Numbered from the stretch's first letter, positions 7,942-18,253 are shown. The stretch: DNA of 64,000 bases from an uncultured virus (IMG/VR IMGVR_UViG_2645727837_000002) (IMGVR_UViG_2645727837_000002:1-64000), one strand, 5' to 3'. Notes: generated by a model not told the origin, from the letters alone. Numbers and translations are program-made.

Positions 7942-9954
7942 TCATGCGGCCTCTTTCAAAGGGAGAGTGAAGATGTGGTCTGCGATCGGACGCTTGTGCG
8001 TAACAATGATCACCTGCTTGATGGTCTCCTTCAGACGTTGCAGACACTCGGCGGTGTACTGAGCACGTTGTGCGTCCATCGACTCGTCGAACTCGTCGGC
8101 CATGAAGACGGAGAACACACCATTGGTCAGCACCTGACCGAGACCAATCCGGAGTGCGAGATTCGCGACAGCCTTTCCGGAACCGGACAGCGTTTGCACT
8201 GCTTGGCCGTCGACCGTGATGTTGAAATCTTCATCCACCACAATCGACGTACGTGCGCCACCGGTCATCTGGTTGAGCAGCACGGACGCTACCTTATTGA
8301 GCGACGGTACGAGATGCGACTTGATCACGAGCTTCGCTTCCGCTACCGCTGCCTTCGCGGCGGCCTTGTCATCGGCCGTTGCATTCAACGCATCGAGCTT
8401 CGCCTTGTCGACGCTGTACGTGGCCAGCTGCGCCTCGTACGTGCCCACGGCCTGCTCGTAGGCGCGCGCCTCGACCAGCTGCGCGTCCAGCTTGCCCAGC
8501 TCGGCCTCGACGCCGGCCAGCTCGGCGACGCGCGCCTCGCGCTCGGCCAGCTTCGCGAAGAACTCGTTGTAGCTGAGCACCTGCGCGTGGTGCGCGACGA
8601 GCTGGCCTTCGTACGCCTGACGCTCCTTCAGGTCATCGCTGCGATCGGGCGTGTTGTCAATCGCGTTCTGAAGGGTCAAGACCGCTTCGGAAGTCTCGGC
8701 GACCTGCTGTTCGGCCTTGACGATCTTCGCCTTTTGGGCGTCCATCGCGGCCTGCGTTTCCTGCTTGGTGCGCTCGATGCGCGCGCGCAGCTCGACGACT
8801 TCCTGCGTGAGCGCCGCGCGGCGCTCGGTGTTGCTGTGCAGCGCGCGCTGGGCGTTCAGCTCGACGCGCGTCAGCGACGGCGCTGCGGTCTCGACCACCG
8901 CTGCGTACTGCTCCAGCGCGGCCGACGCGATTGGCCAGTGGTGGTCGCAGCTGGGGCACACGTGCTCGCCCTGCCCCAGCAGCTTCTGCTTCTGCACCCA
9001 CATTTCGCGATCGACGTGCTGCTGCTCCAGCGCCGCAATCTCGTCGATCGTCAGCGCCGGCTCGGCCAGCCCAGCGATCTGCTTCTCGATGCGGCCGACC
9101 TCGGCCTCCAGACGGGCAACAGTGCCGTCCGTGGTCACTGCCGTGAGTCCGTCGACCAGACGCTTCAGCGAAGCCCGCTGGTCGGCCGCTGCGCTCTCCA
9201 GCGTGCCCTTCGCCGAAACCAGCTCGTTGCGGGCCGCAATCAGGCTCTGGAGCGTCTCGACGGTCTCGCTGACGGTGCAGGTAGGAGCGACCGGTTCGGA
9301 CGGCTTGTGGGCCACCATACCGCGCAGCTGGTTCAGCTCGTTGACCAGGGTCGCGACGTTGTCGCGCTTCTGCCCGAGCGTCGTGCTCGACTCGAAGTCG
9401 GCCGGCTGCTCGGGCTTGATCGGCTCGCGCAGCACCGCGGCGATGCCGTCAGCCTGATTGCGGAACGCGAGCGCCTGCTTGCCGAGGTCGGTCACGATGT
9501 CGTCGAGCACGTTCAGGCCGATCGTCTGGTCGACGATCTTGCGGCGCTCGGTCGGCTTCGCGTCCGACAGCTTCTCGATCTGGCCTTGCAGCACAGCGTT
9601 GGCCATCGTGAACACGTCGTAGTCGTAGCCGAACAGCTCGCGGATCTTCGCGTTGACCGGCTTCGTGCCCGTCGCGACGTCTTCACCAGCGCGGGTCAGC
9701 TTCGCGTTCTTCGTCGTGCGGATGATGCGATACGTCTGATCGCGCACGAGGAAATCGAGCGTCACTTCGAGCTTCTTGTAGTCGTCGGCCGCGCCTCGCA
9801 GCGCGACGCTGCCCCACAGCGCGAACAGGATCATCTCCAGCGTGACACTCTTGCCCGACTCGTTCGGCCCCGTGATCGCGGTCTGGCCGATCGGGAAGAC
9901 GAAGGTCGAGTTCGGGTGACGGTAGCCGTTCTTGATATTCAGGTTCAGCAGCAT
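7942..9954 (-). CDS. SbcC/Rad50-like (gp46-like) ATPase
   Basis: Walker A GPNESGKS, coiled coil with CPSC hook, LSGSG signature, Walker B FMADE. Confidence 0.9.
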   Translation of the reverse strand: MLLNLNIKNGYRHPNSTFVFPIGQTAITGPNESGKSVTLEMILFALWGSVALRGAADDYKKLEVTLDFLVRDQTYRIIRTTKNAKLTRAGEDVATGTKPVNAKIRELFGYDYDVFTMANAVLQGQIEKLSDAKPTERRKIVDQTIGLNVLDDIVTDLGKQALAFRNQADGIAAVLREPIKPEQPADFESSTTLGQKRDNVATLVNELNQLRGMVAHKPSEPVAPTCTVSETVETLQSLIAARNELVSAKGTLESAAADQRASLKRLVDGLTAVTTDGTVARLEAEVGRIEKQIAGLAEPALTIDEIAALEQQHVDREMWVQKQKLLGQGEHVCPSCDHHWPIASAALEQYAAVVETAAPSLTRVELNAQRALHSNTERRAALTQEVVELRARIERTKQETQAAMDAQKAKIVKAEQQVAETSEAVLTLQNAIDNTPDRSDDLKERQAYEGQLVAHHAQVLSYNEFFAKLAEREARVAELAGVEAELGKLDAQLVEARAYEQAVGTYEAQLATYSVDKAKLDALNATADDKAAAKAAVAEAKLVIKSHLVPSLNKVASVLLNQMTGGARTSIVVDEDFNITVDGQAVQTLSGSGKAVANLALRIGLGQVLTNGVFSVFMADEFDESMDAQRAQYTAECLQRLKETIKQVIIVTHKRPIADHIFTLPLKEAA

Positions 9955-9964
9955 GATGGTGTCC

Positions 9965-10969
9965 TCAAGCAGCGTTACGTCGTTCTTGGTACATGATGAG
10001 CACTTCGTTCGAAGTCTCGGCGGTGACGTTGTGCTTCGTCAGGCAGCGCGACAGGATGTCGAGCATGTCGAACGACTCGGTCTGCATGGTGATGTCGACG
10101 TACTCTTCGCCGTTGTCGGCGATCGGCTTCGTCGTCAGTGCCCATGCGTCGACCGGGAAATCGATCTGCTCACCCGGCTTGAGCAGCACGCGCACGGCCA
10201 CATCGTGGAACTGGGCCGGCGTGGTAGCAACGACGGCGCGCAGCTCATCGAGCGTGAGCGTAACGTAGCGACCGTCTTCGTCGTTCTCGCCGTGGGCGTA
10301 TGGTTGCATCGAGCCGGGGAAGACGACACGCACGCCGTTGAGCACTTCGTCGTACGGCCGGTGATCGTGGCCGCTGACGACCAGCTTCGTGAGCGGCCGA
10401 AGCTCGAACAGCGGGATCGCGTTGTGCGGGTTGTCCTCGAACGTGACGCGGTCCCAGTGTCCGATGACCAGATCGAACTCCTTGTAGCCGTCGTCGACCA
10501 GCTTGCGCGCCATGTCCTTCGAGTTGATGAATGGGTGCCAGGGCACGACGCCCAGGCGGAAGATGCCGTGTTCGACGACCTGGACGTCATCCTTCGCGAT
10601 GACGATGTTCTCGACGCCGTCGAGCAGCTGGTACAGCAGGTCGAACGAGCTGCGCTTGTCGGCGTCGCGCGAAGCGTCATGGTTGCCACGCGTGAGGATG
10701 AACCACGTGCTGGGTCGAGCGCGCGCTGCCTCGCGGTATGACGACGCGACGGCCAGAACGATCTCAGGAGGAACAACGAACGTGTCGAAGATGTCGCCGA
10801 GGCAGATGTTCACGTCGACGTCCGCGAACAACGACTCGACGAATTCGTGCATCTGCGTTCGCTCGCGCTCGCCACGACGATCAAGAGGGACACCAGTCAG
10901 GAAAGCACGACCGAGATGGGGGTCGCCAAGAAAGCCGACCCGGAGGCCGGCGATAGTTTCGATTTTCAT
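9965..10969 (-). CDS. SbcD/Mre11-like (gp47-like) metallophosphoesterase nuclease
   Basis: GDPHLG, LGDIF, GNHD, GHDH and PGS motifs; adjacent to the SbcC-like gene. Confidence 0.9.
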   Translation of the reverse strand: MKIETIAGLRVGFLGDPHLGRAFLTGVPLDRRGERERTQMHEFVESLFADVDVNICLGDIFDTFVVPPEIVLAVASSYREAARARPSTWFILTRGNHDASRDADKRSSFDLLYQLLDGVENIVIAKDDVQVVEHGIFRLGVVPWHPFINSKDMARKLVDDGYKEFDLVIGHWDRVTFEDNPHNAIPLFELRPLTKLVVSGHDHRPYDEVLNGVRVVFPGSMQPYAHGENDEDGRYVTLTLDELRAVVATTPAQFHDVAVRVLLKPGEQIDFPVDAWALTTKPIADNGEEYVDITMQTESFDMLDILSRCLTKHNVTAETSNEVLIMYQERRNAA

Positions 10970-11037
10970 GATTCACAACCTAGTGAAGTGGTGGTACAGC
11001 GCGCCGTAGCGCGCTGCTCTCTCGGTTGCGCTACCGC

Positions 11038-11640
11038 TTATGCTTCGACGACGTCGCCGGCTGCTGCGAGGCTCGGGTGCTTCGTGGAGTGGTCACGCAC
11101 TGCGTAGAGGACCTTGAGCTGGTGGAGCACGTCGAACAGTGCGCTGTGGGCGTCGCCTTCGAACGGGATGTTGCGTTCGAACTCGGGCGGTTGCTGCGGC
11201 CAGTAGCGTCCGCGAATCCACGAATTCATGTCGTTGGTGTCGCGGTAGTGGAACGGGTTGCCGATCTCGAATTCCTTGAAGTAGCTTTCGAGGAACGGGT
11301 ATTCGAAGTGCGAAGGCTTCGCCCACAAGCGCAGCTTCTCGTTGTAGGTGTCGACGTCACGCAGCAGGAAGTCGCGGAAAGCCTGCATAACGACTTCCGG
11401 CCGCTCCATGCGCGCGTAGATACCTTGCAGGATCTCGCGCTTGTCCTTGAGCCACCAGTTGCGGGTCTCTTCGTCGAAGAAGCGACCATGCGGGATCATC
11501 AGGCAGCGGTTGAACATATCGGGCATGATCTCGCCCGATGCAAAATCGAAGCGAACCGCCGCGATTTCGATGATTGCCGTGCGCTCAGGCTGAGTGCCAG
11601 TCGTTTCGAGGTCGACCATCACGTCGAGATACTTGGTCAT
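11038..11640 (-). CDS. DEDDh 3'-5' exonuclease
   Basis: VMVDLETTG..RDT..HSALFD. Confidence 0.85.
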   Translation of the reverse strand: MTKYLDVMVDLETTGTQPERTAIIEIAAVRFDFASGEIMPDMFNRCLMIPHGRFFDEETRNWWLKDKREILQGIYARMERPEVVMQAFRDFLLRDVDTYNEKLRLWAKPSHFEYPFLESYFKEFEIGNPFHYRDTNDMNSWIRGRYWPQQPPEFERNIPFEGDAHSALFDVLHQLKVLYAVRDHSTKHPSLAAAGDVVEA

Positions 11641-11653
11641 GCTTTGATCCTTG

Positions 11654-12061
11654 TTAGATGAGGTAGCCGTCGATCTCGTGCCAGCGGATCGATTTGGCCG
11701 TATGGGTGATGAATACGACTGCCGGGACGACGTACCAGCGCTTCGTCGTCTCGCGGCGAATGTAGAAGCGGTAATGCCCGCCAGCTGCGGTGACCATTCG
11801 GGCTGCTGCCCACTGGCTCTTCTTGATCATGCTGAAGGGGAACGACGGCTCGCTTTGAGTGCTCTTGACCTCAGCGTAGAACGTGGTCCCTTCAAGGGTG
11901 ATGATGTAGTCAGACGGTTGCGCATCCTTGAAGGATGCGGCCCGCCCTGTCGAACCGCGAACGTACGCGGTGTCGGTCAAGCGCTGCACATGCGCGCGCT
12001 TGCCGAAGGGCGCGAAGAACGATTCGAACTCGCTCTCCGCGTCTTTCCATACAATGCTCAT
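11654..12061 (-). CDS. RecU-like Holliday junction resolvase (PD-(D/E)xK)
   Basis: PSDYII..FYAEVKST..SQW. Confidence 0.7.
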   Translation of the reverse strand: MSIVWKDAESEFESFFAPFGKRAHVQRLTDTAYVRGSTGRAASFKDAQPSDYIITLEGTTFYAEVKSTQSEPSFPFSMIKKSQWAAARMVTAAGGHYRFYIRRETTKRWYVVPAVVFITHTAKSIRWHEIDGYLI

Positions 12062-12138
12062 TTTTCTTTTACTGATGTGGTGGTGGTGTGCTAAGCATTA
12101 TATGGAGATAACCATCGCAGAAGTTCTGCAACTATATG

Positions 12139-13428
12139 CTAGTTGCCGTCAGGGAAACGCAGGAAGACCGGGTTGCGCAGCGCGTTCTTCTTCGTCACCT
12201 CCGTGTACTCGACTTCAGCCATCCGGCCTATCACCATCTCCGGATTCTTGAAGAACAGCTCGCGCTGGTCGTCAGTGAAGCCACCGCCGCAGTTGGTCTT
12301 GATCTCGGTGCCGTTCTCGATCGTGCCCTCCAGTTCGAAGCCACCGAGACGGTGTTCGTTCCGGCTCTTCTTATTGCCGGCGTAGATACCCACGATCTTC
12401 AACGTGGCCGTGTGCAGCGGCTTCGCCTTCAGCCAGGATGTCGAACGGTCCCACTCATACATCGCGGTCGGGTCCTTGATGATCAAGCCCTCGTAGCTGA
12501 GTGCGAGCGCTTTGTCGAACATGGCGTTGACCTCGGCGCGGTCCTTGACCGTCGCTTTGTACGAAGGAAGGATCTTGGTGAGTTCGAGATCACTGATCGC
12601 CGCGTCGAGCATCAGGCTACGCAGCTCTTGGTTGCGCGAGCATTGACGCTTCACCCACTCCGACATCGGCAACCAGTCGTAGGCGTAGTAGCCCAGCTTC
12701 GAGCGGTCAGCACCCTCCTTCTTGCAGTTCATCGTGGCCGTCCACGAAGGATGCTTCTTCGTCGGGTCGACCACGTGAACCATCGCCTCGCCGTCGAGGA
12801 CCATCGCCTCGTCGCCGCAGAGGCGCTGGCGAATCGCCTGCATCTCGTCGTCGAACAGGCCCTCGATCCACGGTTGGCGCAGGCCTTCGCGCGAGTAGTG
12901 CTCGCACGGCTGGCCGGGGATGATGAAGACCGTATCGCGCTGGCCGTCCATCTTGAACTCTGCCTGAGCCGGGTACGTGATGTCGGTGACGCCCGGTTCC
13001 CACTTCTCTGCCAGCATCACGTCGAAGACCGGGATCAGGTCCGGGAAGACCTTGTTGATCTCCGTCGCACCGATGCCGATGCGCAGCTCCTTGCGCAGCA
13101 CGCAGGCCAGGTTATCGGCGGTCTCGTGCGTGTAGTGCGACAGCACGTTCGCGATTGCCGACTGCGCGGCTTTCCCGGTGTAGTTGCGCACCGCAAGGTC
13201 GTCCAGCAGTTGGAGGAACATCACGCCAGCGTCAACGTTCTCCACCGCGAAACCAGTCGGCATGTCGAAGTTCTTCACGCCATAGGTCACAAATGGCGAC
13301 AGCGCAGCGACCAGCATCGTCTTCGCGAATTCATCTTCGTTCGCGCCGAGCTTCGTCAGAGCTTCCGTCTTCTCGATGCGAGACGTGGTTGCACGGCACT
13401 CGGCCATGAGTCGGTTAAAGCGGTACAT
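12139..13428 (-). CDS. lig: ATP-dependent DNA ligase
   Basis: EFKMDGQR (KxDG), LDGE, EGLIIK, WLKAK, LRNPVF; start placed at MYRFN after the GAAGGA RBS. Confidence 0.92.
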   Translation of the reverse strand: MYRFNRLMAECRATTSRIEKTEALTKLGANEDEFAKTMLVAALSPFVTYGVKNFDMPTGFAVENVDAGVMFLQLLDDLAVRNYTGKAAQSAIANVLSHYTHETADNLACVLRKELRIGIGATEINKVFPDLIPVFDVMLAEKWEPGVTDITYPAQAEFKMDGQRDTVFIIPGQPCEHYSREGLRQPWIEGLFDDEMQAIRQRLCGDEAMVLDGEAMVHVVDPTKKHPSWTATMNCKKEGADRSKLGYYAYDWLPMSEWVKRQCSRNQELRSLMLDAAISDLELTKILPSYKATVKDRAEVNAMFDKALALSYEGLIIKDPTAMYEWDRSTSWLKAKPLHTATLKIVGIYAGNKKSRNEHRLGGFELEGTIENGTEIKTNCGGGFTDDQRELFFKNPEMVIGRMAEVEYTEVTKKNALRNPVFLRFPDGN

Positions 13429-13586
13429 GATTGGTCCTTCGTGGTGGTGTTCTTCAGGGTGGCCAGTTCCTGGCCTTGTTCGTGGATCGTCAGCAGGAGG
13501 TCCAGCACGACCCGCGGAATACACATCTTCCGCAGGTCATTTCGCTGCTCACGCGTCAGATCCTGGAGCGTGAGCTTCGACTTCAC
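13356..13586 (-). CDS. Hypothetical phage protein
   Basis: GTGA coupling with the upstream gene. Confidence 0.5.
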   Translation of the reverse strand: MKSKLTLQDLTREQRNDLRKMCIPRVVLDLLLTIHEQGQELATLKNTTTKDQSCTALTDSWPSAVQPRLASRRRKL

Positions 13587-13801
13587 GACGTCAGATCCTT
13601 CTCGACGGCAGCGGTGGCCTCGGCGACGATCTCGGCGACCCTCGCCTTGTCACCGTTGATGGTCATGACACGGACGATCTCGCGCAGGCCCCATTCCAGC
13701 GCCTCGGTGCCGGGGCGATTCTGCGAGCCGGCGCGCGACTCGTAGCCGCTCATGGTTTCGAACGCGACCATCGTGGTCGACTTGGTGACTTTGTTGCTCA
13801 T
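13583..13801 (-). CDS. Hypothetical phage protein
   Basis: ATGA overlap with the polymerase stop. Confidence 0.6.
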   Translation of the reverse strand: MSNKVTKSTTMVAFETMSGYESRAGSQNRPGTEALEWGLREIVRVMTINGDKARVAEIVAEATAAVEKDLTS

Positions 13802-16482
13802 GCTGCGCACTCCACTGCTTCGTTAGCTGCGACGGGCATGCCGTCGAGGATGTAGTTGAGGATCGCCAGACGCTCTTCGCGCGTGGCTCGTTGTTCCCAG
13901 CGGTCTTCGGCGACGCACGGCAGGCCCCTCTGCATCTCCATTAGTTCGATCTGGCCATCCGGGGCCTTCTTGAGATCCCACGGCTGCATCGTGCGGCCGA
14001 TCGCGAGCGACGAGTCGAGCTTCAGGTTCTTGATCAGGCCGGCGTCTTCGATCATCACTTCGTACAGCGTTTCGCAGAAGTCGAGCACCTGCGAGCGCGG
14101 GACGGAGTAGATCAATTCGTCGTGGACCAGCAGGTAGAAGCGGGCGCGGTATCCCATCTCCTTGATCTTGGCCTTCATGCGCTTCATCGCACGCTTCGCG
14201 AGCGCCGCGCACAAGCCCTGAACCTTCGCGTTGACCGACTGGTTGCCGGCGCGACGGTTGATCTTCTTGATCACCAGCTCCCCGAACGCAGCAATGGCCG
14301 GGTCACCGTACGACGCGAACTTCTGCCGCATGACGTTCACCCACTCGTACGACGACTCGTAGCGATCGCGCCGATGGTGGTCGGGCAGCTCCACGTAGCC
14401 GTTGTCGCGGGCTTCCTGGATCGTGTCGACACGCCACTGCTCTGCGTCCGGGAACGTGCCCCGGTAGCGATCGACCATCTCCCACATGAAGTCGCTCGAC
14501 CAGCCGAGCTTCTCGCCCACGGTGCCCAGTGCGCCCGAGTACCAGTAGTTGAAGTTGGCCACCTTGCCGACGTCGCGACGCAGCATCTTCCGATCAGGGT
14601 GGACGGCGTACTCTTCGTCGGTGAGGTTCATCAGACCGGTCACGGCCTTCTTGTGAAGATCGGCGTGCGGGCGCTGGCCGTAGGCCTCACGGAAGCCCGA
14701 GTCGTTCGAGTAATCGCCCACGATTACCAGCTCGACAGCGGACCAGTCGGCCGACACCAGCACGTGCTCCTCGCCTTCGGCGTCGTCGTCGTCGGCTTCG
14801 AAGAAGCCGCGCACGTACACCGACTCGCCGTACTTGCTAAGCTGCTGCCCATTCGGGTCCTGGCACGAGCTGCGGCGCGTCGCGAGCAGCGAGCGCAGCT
14901 GCGGGTACACACGGCCCGTGTCAGGGTCCACGAGGCGCAGGTAAGGCGTCAGGTAGAGCTTCATCCGCTGCGAGATCGAGGCCAGCTCGTCGTAGCACTG
15001 GAAGATCGTCATGCCGGCTTCGAAGTGATCGATCTGCATACGCTTGTTCAGCGTAATGCCCAGCTTCAGCGCCGGGGCCACTTCGCCCTTGTCGTCGATC
15101 TCCAGACCAGCGTCGCGGTGACGTTTGATCCAGCGGCGCTTCAGCTCTTCGCGGCAGTCGCCGTCGCTTTGCGTCTTGCCGTTGGACTGCATGTACGAGC
15201 CACGCATCAGGTCGTAGATGATCGTCCGCATCGGCATGTAATGGACGAGGTTGACGCCCGTCGATTCGCGCACCTTGCGCTCCAGCGCCCACGCGTTCGA
15301 AACCGGGCCGCGTGTCTGCATGCACTGAATGAAGTCGTCGTCGCTGTCCGACAAGTTCGCCCACTTCTCGATCTGAGCGCGATACGTCTGCCACTTCGCG
15401 TACCACTTGTCGTACTTCAGCAGCTTGTCGTGCGGCTCGTCCGGGAACGGCAGCATCGCGCGCACCGCGGCCTTCATCTTGCGCAGACACGCGGCTTCGT
15501 TGGCACGCTCTTCGTCCCGGCGACGCAGCACGGCCGGCCCGTTCAGCTTGATGCCGTGGCCCCACGTCTCGGCCGCGATGCGGACAAACGGCATCTCCTG
15601 CTCCATGAACGTGCTGAAGACCGCAGGGTTTGTCTCCATCATGTGCTGAAGTACGCGGTGGAACAGCTGCACGCACCAGTACGCGTCGTCGACGCCGTAT
15701 TCATAGACTTCCTCGCCGGTCAGCATGCCCATGTGGACTTCTTCACCCAGCGTCTCTTCGAACGTGGCCATCGCGTAGCCGAACCAGCTCTTCACGGCTC
15801 GCTTCAGGTCGTAGCCGATCCGCATCGAATCGACGTAGCCGTTCCAGCTATGCGCGGCCTTCGATTCCTTGCCGATGACCTTCTGCAACAACTCTTCCTG
15901 CTCGGAGTTCAGGTCTTGGCCGGGTTGGTATCCGGAGAACACGCGGGCGACCACGGGCAGGATCTTCTCGATGCCGCCGAGACCGGGTTCCATGAACTTG
16001 TCGCGGAAGTAGGTGTCGGGCGAGTACGCCGAGACGCACAACTGCAACGAGCATATGACGCGATCTTCCGGGAGGTCGTAGCCGAGCGACTTCATCATCA
16101 TGACCCACTCGAACTGAGCGTTGTGGATGATGAAGAAGGAGTCGGGTTGACGCGCGTCGAGGATCTGACGCGCGATCTCCCAGGGCACACGGTTCTCGAC
16201 GTCGGCGTGCGCGAGGTTGACGTAGTAGCCGAGATGGTTGCCGTCCGGGTAGACCGAAAAGCCGCACACGGTCGTGCGGTTCGTGTCGAAGATGAGCTTC
16301 TTGTTCGTCCCCCTGCCCTCGTCGTCGACCTTCATGATCTCGGCGAGGCCTGCGTGCCTGCGCGAGTCTTCGGTCTCGATGTCGAAACCGATGAATCCGG
16401 CCGACGCTACTTCCGCGATGATCTGCGGAAGGAGTGCGTCGATGTTGCGCGCATCGACAAGGACTTTGCGATCCTTGTCCAT
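13798..16482 (-). CDS. Family A DNA polymerase with 3'-5' exonuclease domain
   Basis: Exonuclease motifs FDIETE, HNAQFE, YGVDD; polymerase motifs ADWSAVEL, RRDVGKVANFNYWY, LVHDEL. Confidence 0.93.
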   Translation of the reverse strand: MDKDRKVLVDARNIDALLPQIIAEVASAGFIGFDIETEDSRRHAGLAEIMKVDDEGRGTNKKLIFDTNRTTVCGFSVYPDGNHLGYYVNLAHADVENRVPWEIARQILDARQPDSFFIIHNAQFEWVMMMKSLGYDLPEDRVICSLQLCVSAYSPDTYFRDKFMEPGLGGIEKILPVVARVFSGYQPGQDLNSEQEELLQKVIGKESKAAHSWNGYVDSMRIGYDLKRAVKSWFGYAMATFEETLGEEVHMGMLTGEEVYEYGVDDAYWCVQLFHRVLQHMMETNPAVFSTFMEQEMPFVRIAAETWGHGIKLNGPAVLRRRDEERANEAACLRKMKAAVRAMLPFPDEPHDKLLKYDKWYAKWQTYRAQIEKWANLSDSDDDFIQCMQTRGPVSNAWALERKVRESTGVNLVHYMPMRTIIYDLMRGSYMQSNGKTQSDGDCREELKRRWIKRHRDAGLEIDDKGEVAPALKLGITLNKRMQIDHFEAGMTIFQCYDELASISQRMKLYLTPYLRLVDPDTGRVYPQLRSLLATRRSSCQDPNGQQLSKYGESVYVRGFFEADDDDAEGEEHVLVSADWSAVELVIVGDYSNDSGFREAYGQRPHADLHKKAVTGLMNLTDEEYAVHPDRKMLRRDVGKVANFNYWYSGALGTVGEKLGWSSDFMWEMVDRYRGTFPDAEQWRVDTIQEARDNGYVELPDHHRRDRYESSYEWVNVMRQKFASYGDPAIAAFGELVIKKINRRAGNQSVNAKVQGLCAALAKRAMKRMKAKIKEMGYRARFYLLVHDELIYSVPRSQVLDFCETLYEVMIEDAGLIKNLKLDSSLAIGRTMQPWDLKKAPDGQIELMEMQRGLPCVAEDRWEQRATREERLAILNYILDGMPVAANEAVECAA

Positions 16483-16485
16483 CGC

Positions 16486-16674
16486 TTACCCCGCCACTTC
16501 GTCGGCAGCTTCAGCGCCGACCAGCGCGAGTGCCATCATCGCGTGAGTCGGTTCCGCATCGAGCATCGCCCGGAACTGGGCGGCGATGCCGTCGATCTTG
16601 GTACGATCATCTTCGGGGAGCTTCGAAATCTCGTCTTGAATGACGAGCAGCTGAATACGTTCAGCAGAGGCCAT
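16486..16674 (-). CDS. Hypothetical phage protein
   Basis: AAGGA RBS; operonic position. Confidence 0.65.
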   Translation of the reverse strand: MASAERIQLLVIQDEISKLPEDDRTKIDGIAAQFRAMLDAEPTHAMMALALVGAEAADEVAG

Positions 16675-16696
16675 GTTTTGATCCTTGTGGTGGTGG

Positions 16697-17473
16697 TCAC
16701 ATCATGAAATCTGAGAGGATGTGGTTGATCGCTTTGTCGTCGTGTTGGCCGACAACCAGGTGCTTTGCGATCAGGTCCGGGTCAACTTCGTAGAAGCCCG
16801 TGATCTCCCACATGCCTTTCAGTGCTGCTTCGTTTTCCTTCACCCACGCCAGCGGCTTCTTGCTGAGGTAGAAGGAGCCGGCTTCGCTATCCCAGCAGGG
16901 CGCGTAGCCCTCGGTGAAGAACTGCATCCAGCGCTCGCGGTCGCAGTGCTCCCACGCCACGTCGCCGAAACCGGGGATACCGGTGATCTTGTCGGACTTG
17001 TCACCAACGAGCGTCTTGTACAGGCGCACTTCGGTGAAGTTGGTGTTGTCGTACTGAACCTTGTCGCGTCCTTCGAGCTTCGTGTGCTTGCCGTCGCACA
17101 GCGCGAGGTAGTCGCCGTCAGTCGAGTGGATGGTGATCGAGTCCGTCTGGTCTTTGTAGAGACGATGCAGTGTGGCAATAACGTCGTCCGCTTCCCATGT
17201 GGGGATCTCAAGCGACATGCAGCGCGTGAAGCGCAGCACCTGCTTGAACAGGTCCATCGTCTTGTAGAACTCGTCTACGGCGCTTTGCCGGCCGACCTTG
17301 TATCCGGGGTAGAGCGCGCGGCGTCGGTCCTTCGCGCCGTGTCCATCCCAAACCCAAATGATGGTGTCGAACATCGGCAGCATCTTCATGTCGACCAGCA
17401 CGTTGCGAATCGAGCCGCTGGTTTCGAAGATGGTGCGGAAACGGTTGTTTCCGTCGATGAAATGCAAACCCAT
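16697..17473 (-). CDS. 5'-3' exonuclease / flap endonuclease
   Basis: IDGNN, YKVGR, EADDVIA, STDGD and GDKSDKITGIPGFG (H3TH). Confidence 0.9.
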   Translation of the reverse strand: MGLHFIDGNNRFRTIFETSGSIRNVLVDMKMLPMFDTIIWVWDGHGAKDRRRALYPGYKVGRQSAVDEFYKTMDLFKQVLRFTRCMSLEIPTWEADDVIATLHRLYKDQTDSITIHSTDGDYLALCDGKHTKLEGRDKVQYDNTNFTEVRLYKTLVGDKSDKITGIPGFGDVAWEHCDRERWMQFFTEGYAPCWDSEAGSFYLSKKPLAWVKENEAALKGMWEITGFYEVDPDLIAKHLVVGQHDDKAINHILSDFMM

Positions 17474-17491
17474 GATGACCTCGCAGGACAT

Positions 17492-17524
17492 AAAAAAGCC
17501 GCGAGCTTTTGACTCGCGGCTTTC
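17492..17524 (-). terminator. Intrinsic terminator after the SSB gene
   Basis: AAGCCGCGAG-loop-CTCGCGGCTT followed by a T tract on the minus strand. Confidence 0.85.
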
Positions 17525-17539
17525 CGTACAGCTTGTGGC

Positions 17540-18253
17540 TTACGCCGGCTCGGCTTCCGCTTCGATGCCCTGGTATTCCCAGGTCATGATGCCCCACGCG
17601 TTGTTGTTCTTGTTGGTCATCCGGAGGAAGCCGACCTTCACGTCCACGCGCTGGCCACCAGCGTTCGCTTCCATGACCTTCTGGTAGAAGTCCTGCCACG
17701 CGCGCCAGTTGGTCGTCGACGTCGCGTAGCCGACGCGCTGACCAGCCTTGGCCAGCACTTCACCGTCTGCGGAGACGATGTCGGCCGTCAGGATCATCGG
17801 CACGTCGGCACTGCGGTACGCGCGGGCCTTCGCGTCGAGCGCGATGGCCTTGGCTTGCGCTTCGGACCAGGGGATGCCCTTGTCGCTCGTGACGCCGTCG
17901 TACGTCGACCAGTATTGCGCCGGGTTGCCGGCCTTGATCGACATCTTGACCATGAAGCCCGTGCCTTCCGTCATGTCGATAACCGCCTCGAACGACTGCA
18001 CGAGCTTTGCGCTTGCGCCGACCTGGAGACCGAATTCCTTCGGCTTGATCCAGAGGTCGACCGCCATGCCTGCCGACATCAGTTGCTCCATCGAGAGCTT
18101 CTGGCCGGGAACTGCGACAGCACCGCCGGCCGCGCCGACTGCTGCGACCGCCGTGCCGGTCGTCGGCGCTGCTGCTGCACCTGCTGCTGCATTTGCGATG
18201 GCGCCAGCCGCCGCATCCTTCGCGCGCTGCATTGCTGCTTGGATCGGGTCCAT
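17540..18253 (-). CDS. Putative single-stranded DNA-binding protein
   Basis: Sits between the helicase and exonuclease/polymerase; beta-rich core, acidic tail, strongly biased codons, own terminator. Function inferred from context. Confidence 0.5.
   Translation of the reverse strand: MDPIQAAMQRAKDAAAGAIANAAAGAAAAPTTGTAVAAVGAAGGAVAVPGQKLSMEQLMSAGMAVDLWIKPKEFGLQVGASAKLVQSFEAVIDMTEGTGFMVKMSIKAGNPAQYWSTYDGVTSDKGIPWSEAQAKAIALDAKARAYRSADVPMILTADIVSADGEVLAKAGQRVGYATSTTNWRAWQDFYQKVMEANAGGQRVDVKVGFLRMTNKNNNAWGIMTWEYQGIEAEAEPA

Noticed and set aside
5525..16482. Modified-base (2-aminoadenine, 7-deazaguanine) genome pathway
   Set aside because: No PurZ, DatZ, DpdA, QueC-like or glycosyltransferase genes were recognised; MazG plus Pol A alone is insufficient.
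6015..17512. Long plus-strand ORFs (6015-7217, 7921-9996, 12136-13659, 14122-16707) and similar ones at 42553-44193 and 57863-60769
   Set aside because: Antisense shadows of well-supported genes, caused by high GC3 codon bias.
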